NCBI RefSeq assembly: GCF_021028975.2
Contig: NC_059437.1
Span: forward strand, 54,374,001 to 54,438,000
Length of the DNA: 64,000 nt
Source: Sphaerodactylus townsendi
Taxonomy: Eukaryota
Reading direction: 5' to 3'
Below are positions 11,222 through 64,000 of this stretch, one piece after another. The notes beneath the pieces are model-generated. The model ran no database searches. It was not told the origin of the DNA and saw nothing but the letters and a program-made list of their open reading frames with translations. Both the position numbers and the translations under genes were made by a program. Within the stretch, counting starts at the first letter, position 1, and every line of letters begins with the position of its first letter.

Positions 11222-13049
11222 AAACAAAATATTAACAGACAAAAGTACCAAATTCTATTAGATTATCAAAGCGTGCAAGCCTCTTCCAAGAGAGTTTTTT
11301 AAATCTTAAAAGATTACCAGAAATTCAGTACAGTTAGAGCATCTTATTAGGAAAAAATTGGCTCCTTTAAACACATATTACATGGGTCCTTACTAAGAAA
11401 CATTAACAGCAAATATACTGGAAGAGTCCAAAAAGATGTTTTTATTATATTACAGTGATTTTGCAGTATTTCACACTCAACTTCTGCATGTGACAGAGAG
11501 ATTTCATTTCCTGCAGCTGAGAAGATTTCTGCCAGTTCATTTTATTGGCCTGTTCTCTCATTCTAAGCAGATCAACAGAAGGGCTGCTGAGTCTACGGCA
11601 TAAGAGCTGGGAGCTTAGACGTTCAGTCTGAAGGCTGGAAAATCCCTATGCTGTTATGTGGCATACTATTCTCTCAGCTTCACACAGCTGCAATATGAAA
11701 ACAGTATGTCTACTTTACAGGGCTTGTCTTCTAAAAAATATTGATCGCATAAAGTGCCCAAGCACCTACAGTTTTTTGATTTCTAGGAGGGGAAAATCTT
11801 GAACCCACAGAAGTCTTGACCAATGCAAGGCAGAGGAGGGTCAAAGTATTATATTATCCTGACTAGAAAAAGAACAGGGTGAGGAGGATATACACAGTGA
11901 ACCGGGGAAGGTCAAAACAGCCTCCACTACAGCACCTGCTCTTGCCTCTTTTATACTCATTGAAAAGGAATGTAAGAGCATCAAACCAGCAAACAACCAC
12001 AGAAGGACTGGCCCGACCGGGTGTGTTGCCACATCAGCTTCTTAAAGAGCAAAGTCTACAGGACGACATTTTCCAACAGGTCTTCTAAGTACTAGCAGCC
12101 TGGGCACTTAAAGAGAGAGAAAGCACATACACATACTTTTACACAATGTACACAACCAAGCCCCGATTCCAGAAGGTAATAATGGTAACTGAGGGATACG
12201 TTTGTTCATCGGAGTTTCAACATACCTAGCTCAGACTTCTTGCAAAACAGCCATTCTTCTCACATTATCTATGAAGGCTAGAGAAAATAATGTGCAATGT
12301 GATCATACGCTTATTTGCTCAAAAGCAACTCTGGCACACTTCAACAGAACTTCCTCGCCATAAACTGCGCTTCAGGTTCTATCCCCACTGCAAGTCATAC
12401 GTCTCAGCAAGCTGCTTATTTAAGCAGCCATTTACCCCCTTTCCTCTGAGAGACCAGAGCATGACATTGTCCAACAGCTAACAGGCAATCAGTTCCTCGG
12501 CCAGTTTGGTTGACTCCTTGGATCTGCTGCTTAAAAACAGGTCTGACCGCCTGAACTAATGTTGGCATGTGGTGGCGGAATGGAATGCCTTCCCGCCCCG
12601 CACAGAGACAACACCCATGGCCTCATGCAGATTGTGTTGTTGTTTTGCAAGAAGCTAGCAACGAGGGGGGGGGGGGATGTACAAGCCAAACGTTTGGATG
12701 CCATCCATAATAGTGGCGAAGGGGACAGCAGCATCCAATAGCCATTCCTCCTTGATGCCTCTGCTCTCTAAGATCAAGACGTTCAACTCTTACCCCCCAA
12801 ATAGGCAACACAGTGCTAGTTTCTAGTGCCAATCCCCACAGAGGTGAAAAGCTGTCAACCTCTCCAAGAGGCTGCATTGACGGAATCCTGAAAGGAGGTC
12901 AAGGCCAGAGGCGTCTCCAGCTCGCTTGTCTGCATTGCCTGAAGAGGCGGCCATTTCTATGCCCAGGATGGATAACAATGCAGTGAAGAAACTCAGGATC
13001 TACGGCCAGGGGTGTCAGCTCAAATCTGCAGGCACTCCAGAGCTGTGGC

Positions 13050-14250
13050 TGTCTGGGCTAAGCAACACCCACTCATTATGTTCCAGGGGGCTGCATTGCT
13101 GAGGAATCCTCCAGACAAAGAAAGGCATTGAAAACGAAATCGGGCGGGCTGGCGGGCTGGGCAGCCCTCCCTGCTGCAAAGAGGCCGAGAGACGCCATCA
13201 GAAAGCCCTCTCTCTTCCCAGAACAGGCCACGTACTCCCTTGTCAGCTCCTCCTCCTCCGCCATCAGCGCCGATCTCACCCTTCCTAAGGGTCACAGGGG
13301 AAAGAGGCTAATAGCGAGGCTGGGAGAGACCTGTTTTGAGGCACGTGGTAAAGAGACCTGTTCACAGGACCAGCACAGCAACCCTCCTTCTCCGTCAGCC
13401 AAAAGAGCCAGCCTCGCCAAGCTTGGAGTGGCACCTAGCATTTCCCCGGGGAGACTACACAGCTTGCACGGCAGGAAACCTTCCCCACTGCATTGACCAA
13501 CTTTCGGGGCTCGGCAGGGTTTCCCCCACTGCCGGGGCGCGTGGTTGTGCTCCGCCAGCCGTCAGCTTTCCGTGCAAAAAGCAGTTTTGTTTCTAGACAC
13601 AAAAGGCTGCAGCTGCATTATTCGGCTCTGCGCCTTTGTCTGCCTGCGTCCCTCCCTCCCCCCGCCCTCCCCGGCTCAGCTCCAGGAGTGCCCTGTGCCT
13701 TTAAGAGCAGGGCTGCTCGGCTACCCCCGGCCTCCCCTCCCCCCCTGCAGTCTCCAGCCCTCCCCCCACCCCCGGGAATGACTCGCGGAACAGCAGGCAA
13801 AAGTTGGAGCCCGGCCAAGGTCTCCTCTTACACGCGGCTGGAGCGTTTTTTCTTGCTCCCGCGAAAGCCCTCGCCTGAAACGGCAACCATCTTGCCCCTG
13901 CTCTCCTTCCACCTTCCCCCCCAGACAAAAACAATCCTCTTACTTCTGCTTTACTTTCCTCAAAACCTGCACAGACCGGGGGTGGAGGGGGGGGGGAAGG
14001 AGAGAGAGAGAAATAGAGAGAGGAGGAGCTGTTTTCTGCCTTGATCGAAAACAGAAAAGAGCCTTGGAGGAAACAAGTGTTGCTGCTGCTGCTGCCTCGA
14101 AAACAACAGCTCCCAGAGAAGACAGCCGCCATTATGGAGCGCGAGTCCAGGCACACAATATGGAGTAGAACGGCCAGTGCGTCCCCAAAAAATAAGCGAG
14201 CCACCCAGGGCACCGAGCCATTCTCAAGGGGGTGGAAGAGCTTAATTTCC
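13050..14250. promoter_or_regulatory. Orphan CpG island (candidate promoter / first exon of a minus-strand noncoding transcript)
   Basis: CpG-rich, with YY1-like motifs reading ATGGC on the minus strand (GCGGCCATTT ~12947, GCCGCCATTA 14125). No recognisable protein domain. Confidence 0.6.
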
Positions 14251-15959
14251 CCCCTCTGCTCTCGTAATAAACGCAATTTTCTCTAAAGGGATCGGAAAGT
14301 AGCAACCTGAAAAAACCTGCTGTATACTACCAAACGCGTCACAATCCTTTTCAACAGTACAACTCAAAAAGACTTCAAAGTCTCTTCTGCAGAGAAGGGA
14401 ACCTACTCCATTTTGGATTTATTGTTTCCAATTCTTCTTTAGGATTGCCTCTCAGGAGGACTTCGTTTTAGCCAGCCAGGATCTCTCCCCTGTCCAGATT
14501 GCTGCTGTTCTTAAGCTTCAATAGCTTAGAGAAGATATTTCGGCTGGTTCTCTCCGATTATTTCGTCTGCTTAAAACACACACACACCCCCTCTGCGGAC
14601 AGATTGCCTTGAGAGGTGTAACTTAAAAGACGTATGTAATTCCAAGATTTGCAGAGAGAAAAGCTCATTAAATCAGCAAAGATGCAGCGAGGCAACTACT
14701 TTGTTACGAGGAAGAACAGAAAGAAGTATGGGGGGGGGGGGGGGAGAGATGGACTTTGTATAGTACTTAACTTACAACAAGAACATTTGCTATCTTTCCC
14801 CCCACAGAAAGTAACTCGGATATCCGCCCTGGACAAAAACATTTGTGGCATAGGCCTGCTCTATATGTTTCACTGCAAGGGCAAAAGGGTTTACTTACCT
14901 ACAGACCATAGTTGAATGCAGTTCTGAAGGTGACGTTGAAGGGATTTTTTTAAAAAAGCTATTCCTAAATATAGATTTATGTTCTGTATCATCATTTCTC
15001 TATCTTGAGTTTACAAATCAAAATCTCATTAGACATTTAGAGTCACCTACGGCTTTGACCAGAGAAAGAAAAAGACTGTTAGAAAACATCCACTTCTTTT
15101 GACCTTAAGTCGTGAAATTTGTTTACTCCTAGGCATAAATCTAAATTCCTGTGATATTTACTCTGCATATAAAAAGGAGACCGGGTATTTCCACCCACCA
15201 TACATGATCTCAAATATTTTTAAATCTGTACATGTTAGTGTGAATACACCTGGTTAATAGTTACTTTATGTAAACATTTTAAGCATCTCTTGCTAATTTT
15301 TAAAACTCTAAATAGTATTTCAGAAGCAACTGGTTTAGATAAACAAGACAAAAAATGACATGCAGATGAAGGCTGGAAATATATATATAAGGAGAACTCC
15401 AGTAACATTAACATGAAAACTACACTTATTAAAAAGGACAGAATGGATTGGGTACTTACAATGTAAAAAGAAAAAAAAGAAAAGCTTTATCCTAACAATT
15501 TTTACAAGAATTCACGTTTCCTACATCTATATTTAAAACATTACCTTCTTGGCACGAAAGGTTTTAACTTAAAAGATGGCCAGGTATTTTAGTGTTTCAT
15601 ACAGGAAACTATTTTTTAAAGAAAACCTGTATTGCTCAGGCAGATCAAGAAAAACCTTTAAAAATAAACACAACCCCTCTACAAAAAACAATGTATTTAC
15701 TTTTTTTGCAACTCAAAATTGTTACTGCTGACTTAAGGGCGTGCCATGACCTAGTTATATACAAGGCAAAGATGGGTTCCAAATCAAAGGGAAAAATCCA
15801 GATCTTTTTTTAAAGTCTTCCTTCTTCCTTTGAGTCCTCTAAATGTTGTCAGACATTAACACAAACACTGAGAGCAGAGTCCTGAAATGGATGTTGTGGA
15901 TTCATTCAAATCAAGTATCCCCTTTTGGAACAAAGGAAAACCCAGTTGGCCATTTAATT

Positions 15960-16816
15960 CCATTGCAGAAAAATGGCTGCCAGATCTGTTGGCCTCTCCT
16001 TTGCTGTCTGCTGAAGGATGTTTTTAGATCAGCGTCTAATAACTCAAGCCCAATGGAAGCTGCGCGCTGATTGGCTGCGGCGGCCTGGTGCCTTTAACCA
16101 GCCAATTACCTACCCACGGCCAAATTACAACCCAAAAGCACAAGACGAGCTAAAACAACACGGAGCCCCAGCAAAGGCGACCCGGGGGGGGGGGGAGGGG
16201 GGGAAAGAGAGGAGCCAAACGGGGGGGGACACACAATTCCGAGAGAGCTTTCTCCCTCGGACTTTCTTTTAACAGAGACAAAATGGAAGGTCCGATCTGA
16301 TTGGCTGCTCAGGACCTTTAATAAGCAAAGCTGCTACTTTCCGCCCTCCTCCCGCCTTTGAAGTCGTGAAATTGACAAATTGTAACCAAACAGGGGCGCC
16401 CCGGGTTCAACCAAGCGATCCCTCGGAGGTGGAAACGTTGCGGCGGCGGCTTCTGGCAACGTTGTCCGCGGAAGCCCCCCGGAGCCGTCGCCGCCGCCTC
16501 CCCAGCCGGCCGTTCAGTTTTTTCCTCCCCGTCCAAAACTTGTCCCACCTATGTCCATCTTGTGTAGGAACAGTTTGGCGCTTAGGTAAATGTAGTCGGC
16601 AGATTCCAAGGGAATTTGGTCGCGCAATTAAAGCGGCGGGGAAGCCGCGCTGGGGCGCCAGTCGGCTGGGGAAAATGCATGGGCCTTTATTTGGGGCGGG
16701 GAGGCGCTACAGGGCGGCGGGGCCGGGGGCTTTGCAGCGCGTTGCAGCTGCCGTGAATGTGCATTCGGTTGAGGGCGGTTAGCCATTAGCCGAGCTCCAT
16801 AGCGGTGAATTGTGGG
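15960..16816 (+). promoter_or_regulatory. SETD1B CpG-island promoter with multiple CCAAT boxes and GC boxes (likely bidirectional)
   Basis: CCAAT/ATTGG at ~16050, 16070, 16102 and 16300 in both orientations; GGGGCGGGG at ~16692; YY1-like AAAATGGCTG at ~15970; high CpG density. Confidence 0.75.
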
Positions 16817-16924
16817 ATGCCTGAGAAGCAAGCAGAAAGCAGCACACACTCACACAATATGTGTTGGCTCGCGAAAAAAAGAGAGAGAGGAGGCAAGGAG
16901 GCTTTCAAAACCCATGTAATGTAA
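16817..16924 (+). other. Upstream ORF (35 aa, MPEKQAESSTHSHNMCWLAKKRERGGKEAFKTHVM) in the presumed SETD1B 5' leader
   Basis: ATG 16817 to TAA 16922-16924, in the same frame as the SETD1B ATG at 16988. The TSS is not known, so its inclusion in the mRNA is inferred. Confidence 0.5.
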
Positions 16925-16987
16925 CCAGCCAAATGTGAAAGGGCGCTCGCCATCCGCGGCAAGGAGACGATCGGCCACCGAATAACA

Positions 16988-57058
<40,071 letters not shown>

Positions 57059-60000
57059 ACCTGAGGTTTCTTGCCACGCATTGGTTCTGTCTGAACTGTG
57101 GTTACCAAGGGTGGTTGCACTTTTTGCCAAAAAAAGGAGGAAGGAAAGCAAGAAAGCAAAGGAAAGCAAGAAAGAGAAGAAAGCCCGCTCAGCAGTCCTG
57201 TGGCGACAGGGGAAGCGCAAACGGCAGACACGCACACGTGGACTCTTCAACTTGCTGGTGCTTTTCATCTTCTGCTCAGATCCCTCCTCGCCCCCCCCCC
57301 CCCCCCCCCCGTTATGAAGAGTCAGTGGCACCAGAAATCAAAACACTATCTCTACCCCTCCCTCTGCTCGGTCCAGAATGGTGTTGCTCTCACGGGTAGA
57401 GTAAGGTACCTATTATTGTTTGAAAACGTTCCTCTTTCTGTACAATGCTGCTACCTTTTCCTCATTAATTTTGTTCGTTGGGTAGGGAGGAGAAAACGTT
57501 TTTTTAAATGTGAAGCAGAGACTGAAAACAAGAGGCCACAAACTGGATGGGAGCTGGATGTTTTTGCACACAGTACAAGCTGCGAAGGGAGCGCCCGGTT
57601 GTGTTTCAGGGCAGGCTGGAGATTTCGGTCAGGATTCGTCATGTCGTGAGCAGGGGTTCTCTTTACAATGAGCCCAGACATGGCAATTTTGAGATATTGT
57701 TTCCACACTTTGCTATTATTTTAGTCTTGTGCTATTCAGTTGAATTCACTGGTCTTCAAAAGTGTCTGCCTTTAAAATTGACAAGAGAGAAAATAATATA
57801 AGTAGAGCCAAAGTGAATGCTGTCTCAGTCATCCCACTAACACCATTTGGTGGTTGGTGGCCCGTGTGGTCTTGATCGCTCTCTTATCCTACTTTCAACT
57901 GAGGTGGGAGAATTTTGCTTGCAAATTCTCCTTGGAACCGCTTATTAGATGCAACAACTTCACCCTGCTTCCTTCAGCTCATAAAGCGGGCTGAACCTCC
58001 ACCCTCCAATTCCTAAAGGCTAAGAGGACCAGGCCTTCTGAATCAATACAAGCCGCCTTTGGTTTCCAGCAGGATTGTTTCCCTTGACCCCTTGTGATTG
58101 GATGGTCTGAATCTTATGTAAGCATGGAGGATGAAGATTTGCAAGGTCTTGGTTGGATTAAGCCATCTTGTTTATTTGGTGCATCTTCCTTCTTACAGAA
58201 TTCTCTTCTTGGCGTACCCGTGTGTAGCTTTGGAGACTTTCCATCCTTGAGAAGGCCATGTACATTTTGTTGGTTTCAGAACCAGTGCCCTTGTCAGTCA
58301 GCCTGCTGGCCTGTTTTGTCCTCTTTCATGTCTCAGCATGACCTGTCAGGAAATTATTCTGCACAGATGCCATTGAACATGAATGTGGCTGCTGGTGCAA
58401 GAGGAGTTCTATGTAGATTCCTTGGGAAATCTGGCAATACTAGCTGTCACCATGATTCTCCTGGTTAATCTTGGCCAGAACTTCCTGGCATAGCAGTTCT
58501 CATCTCTAGCATGCTCTGACACACTCTCATATGCTATAATTGGGGTGAAAGAATAAGTGCAGAGTTGCAAACTTGCAGAACTTTGGGTTTGTGAAAGTGT
58601 TTTATTTTACAGGAGAGTACACATGTAAAAACAAAAGTACATTTGGAGACCCTCAGACCCGGGTAGGCGTCCAATCCTTGGAAGACTCTAAGGGAGAGAA
58701 ATCTTGGGTGAAGACTGTCCGCTGTGCTGGCCCACCCCCAAAAAGGAAGCACTTTGTCTTCATGAAATGAAGAATCGCCTTATCTAGGCTTTGATATATT
58801 AATTGGATTATTTTCTGGCCTCTCCTGAGGAGCCTCACCTTGTTCCCAAACGGAGCACCAAAATCTCGTCTGTCCATCCCAAGCCTTGTGCTTCACAGGC
58901 CGACTTCAACCTGGTTTCCACTAGAATTAGCTTGAAAATCCCCGGCCTGCCTTGGCTTCACAATAATTCCTTCCCCATCCTGCCCATTTCCAGATTGAGG
59001 TGGGACTTTAGGGGGAAACTCGCTCCGCCTGGCAGATATTTATATTGTCAAAGCAGCTTATTTCTACACCACACAAAAAAATATTTTTCAAACTCTGGTG
59101 GAAAATTGTTTCAGTTCTATCATTTGCGACCTATTTTCAGGGATCATTTCAATGCATTTCTGTATGAAAACCTTTTTTTAAAAAAAGATTTAAAAAATTA
59201 AAATTTGAAGTTGGACACATCATCTGTACATAGGCAACTGTTCGGATTCTTCTCTTCGAACACTGTTTCTTGTAGAAACATGTTGATTTTTGTTTCATTT
59301 TGTTTTTGGCTGTTTCCTTTGTACTTCAAAAGCATGTAAATAATTTGTTTAAAGTGACTATTGTAGCTTGGAGTTCTTTTTTTAAAAGGTGCCGGCACTA
59401 AACATCCAGAGAAGAGTGGGAGGTGGAGGTGGAAGCAGCTCTGAGGAAAGGAAGCTGGCTGCATTTACAGCTTGTGTCAAGCTATGTATAATGTAAATTC
59501 TGTACAAAAGAACTTTTTTTGTCAAATACGTAGAGCAAACTAGAAAGATTAAGAAGCTGAAGATTTTAAAAAATGCCAAGTTTGAGGCTTTTTTAATTTG
59601 CCTTTCTGATACCTTAACGTGCAAATCTATTTATTTCAGACAAGAATGTGTATAGTCTATTAATGACAACCTAAAATGTATTTAAGCAGATCTGCAACTT
59701 GATTTTTTTTTTCAAATTTAATCTTCTATTTTATAACTTTCCTCCTTGATTACCAACATAGTATTTGTAGAAGCAAATCTATCTGGAGCTCCCAAGTGCT
59801 CCAGAGCACATGGAGAGCTTCACAGGAGCAGAGGCCTTACTGTAGGGGTGGCCAACCTATGGTGCTCCAGATGTTCATGGACTACCATTCTCATCAGCGC
59901 CTGCTAGCATGGCCAGTTGGTCATGACGGCAGGGGCTGATGGGAATGGTAATCCATTAACATCTGGAGCACCATAGGTTGGGCAACCCTGCCTTGCTGTC

Positions 60001-60590
60001 TACAATGTGGGCGGCTGTTCCTGTGAAGCTCTGTGTGCGTTATCAGAGCCCATGTATGCCTTCACGCTGGAGTTGCTGGATGAGGACAATTGTTTGGGGG
60101 TAGGGCAGGGAGGAGAACAAATGATACCCTAAATTCAGGAGGTAGTTCTTGGAAAGGAAATCTTGTGAAGGGGAGACTCCGTTCCATCCCAGTCCTGATA
60201 GTCCCTGTCTGATGGAATCTCTAAAAGAGTGGTTTTTAATGCACAGTGTGACAGAGAAGGACCTCCTTTAAAAGGGGGAAGGGAAGTGGTTTGCAATAAA
60301 CATCTGCTTTTTATGTTCCTTTCTGGGGGGAAAAATCTCTGCTTTTGAGATTTAGAATTTTAAAAGATTTTGTTCCCTTTTGTTTAAACAACTGTATAAA
60401 TTTAAGATTATTCTGTGCATTTAGGCTCTGTCATCGGTATGTACCTTGTTTTGAAGAACGTGTGTTTTTTTGTGGGTGTGTCATGCTGTACATATTTGTT
60501 CATATTTTTTGTGAATTGAATACTATGTACCATTGTATTATAGTAACTTTTATAAAGCAAACCATAAATATACTGACTTTTCTTACAGAA
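57059..60590 (+). other. SETD1B 3' UTR (approximate end)
   Basis: AU-rich. The first AATAAA I could find after the stop is at 60295-60300, with variant signals TATAAA/CATAAA at ~60551/60563 followed by a GU-rich tract. Confidence 0.6.
59843..59990. mobile_element. Palindromic hAT MITE in the SETD1B 3' UTR
   Basis: Self-complementary; TSD CCTTACTG/CCTTGCTG. Confidence 0.85.
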
Positions 60591-61118
60591 AACCTGTGCT
60601 TTGGTTCATTAGTTTCTCTTGGATAAGTTTCGCATTAATTATAAAAGCCCCTGTTGGAGATGCAGACAGGAATATGCAATTGGGTGCTACTTTAAATAAT
60701 TAATCAGGGGTGTAAAATCTGAATATGTGTTTCGGAGAAAGATGCCTGCGAGGCAAACTGTTGACCCAGGAATGGAGAGGTACTAGTTCGAATCGCTTAT
60801 CTGCGATTGGAGGCTTGCTGGGTGACCTTGGGCCAATCACACATTCTCAGTCTCACCTACCTCAAAGGGTTTTTGTGAGCATAACATGGAAGAGACTGAA
60901 AATACTGTAAGATGCTTTTGGTCTCTGCTGGGGAGTAAGATGGGCTATAAACAAAGACAATATTCTGGAAATAACTCCAGAGGTCACAAGTATTTCTCAG
61001 GAGTGCTATTTTGTTTCTTGTCAGTCTCTCGGTACAAATGAATGAGAGAGAAAAAGAGAGAGAATGTTCCCTTGTGGCTTTACAGAACCCTGGAGGTTTG
61101 AATTGATGAATTGATGGA

Positions 61119-61193
61119 TTTATTGTTTTCAACCCCCAGACAAAGCAAAGAGGCAACAAACAGCAGTCTCCCATGCTTTGAATCCTTTTTATT
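61119..61193 (-). terminator. Candidate HPD polyadenylation signals
   Basis: Minus-strand AATAAA at 61188-61193 and 61119-61124, ~550-620 nt downstream of the HPD stop. Confidence 0.5.
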
Positions 61194-61744
61194 CAACAAA
61201 GAAAGAAAGAAATTGTTCCGAGTTCCATAACTTTGCAAAACTGCCATATTTACTCTGAACTGACTTCCCCGATCAAAACCTGTTGCAGGAAGATCACCAA
61301 TTTGATGGCAGGACCAGTCTGCCAAGGTCAGGGCCTGCGTACAGATTATCAGGGCTCCCTGTGTAAATGGCCTCGTCGGGTTCTCAGCTCCTGTCTTTCA
61401 TACAGGTTTGCCTCTCTTGAAAAATATCCACAATGTAATACAATTCAAGCAGTTTGGGAGGCAAAGGTCCTCTTCCTCTATTCATGTTTCTGCAGTAATG
61501 GGAAGAGGTGGAGGAGTCAAATGTGTATTTCCAGATGTAAAACTGCTCTAGGGTGGGCCCAGAATGAATTACATGTGCCTACCAGCTAACCCTGAAAGAC
61601 TGTACTAACTCTTATTATTTGGAAGATGGTGGAAGGAATCTCTCGATGACTCTAGCTGTTGTTGGGAGAAATTTCTCTGAACCCTCTGCTACGGCATTTC
61701 ATTTTTAAATTGTATTTCTGTCACTGCCCTTTCACTGCTGAGCA

Positions 61745-63669
<1,925 letters not shown>

Positions 63670-64000
63670 TTATGAGATCCCTTCCAGAAACAGTCATCCC
63701 CTTCAAGAAGCACCTTCTGGTCAGAATCTGGATGCCAGAGATCCAGAACCATCTGCAGAACCACAAGTCATTGAAGAGTATAAAAAACTGCAAAGAGATG
63801 CTGGTAAAAGGGCAAACCCCACCCCAACAGAGTTTTTCCCAGTTCTTGGCCAGTCTGTTCCTTTCCAAATTAATTGCTGCTCCCTGTGGGGGTTAGGCCA
63901 TGCTGCTTTGGGCCAGGCTGAAAGCCACGACACTTGGAAGATCAAGCCAGGGGGAGATCTCGTTTGTCTCAAGATGTTTATACTGCCATTTGCCTTGTCT

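Noticed and set aside
57081-57649. Lys-rich and other ORFs just after the SETD1B stop
   Set aside because: Low-complexity purine-rich 3' UTR sequence with no evidence of coding.

Overview
Vertebrate genomic DNA. The repeat content (tRNA- and 5S-derived Sauria-type SINEs, hAT MITEs) points to a squamate reptile, possibly a gecko. The window covers the RHOF - SETD1B - HPD block. From left to right: (1) a ~2.1 kb 50-bp minisatellite in RHOF intron 1 and RHOF coding exon 1 (minus strand); (2) a decayed, intronless SCAN-KRAB retro-pseudogene (minus); (3) ~12 kb without a recognisable protein gene, holding a second CpG island and strong minus-strand splice acceptors (candidate divergent lncRNA, positionally like human LINC01089); (4) the complete SETD1B H3K4 methyltransferase gene, reconstructed by hand as 18 coding exons (16988-57058, 6018 nt, 2005 aa, all phases consistent); (5) the last five coding exons of HPD (minus). 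The most notable observations are: an AT-AC U12-type minor intron just upstream of the WIN/SET-coding exons, containing an OC1-like and a SPIN-like hAT element stacked between three copies of one 8-bp target site; a SETD1B 5' leader with an in-frame 35-aa uORF and three start-stop (AUG-stop) elements; a nested double inverted repeat (~230 nt hairpin) in the SETD1B 3' UTR; and an antisense GC-box/CCAAT/TATA/Inr arrangement in RHOF intron 1. No CRISPR array or prokaryote-type system is present. Transposon family names and ortholog comparisons are from memory and need database confirmation.
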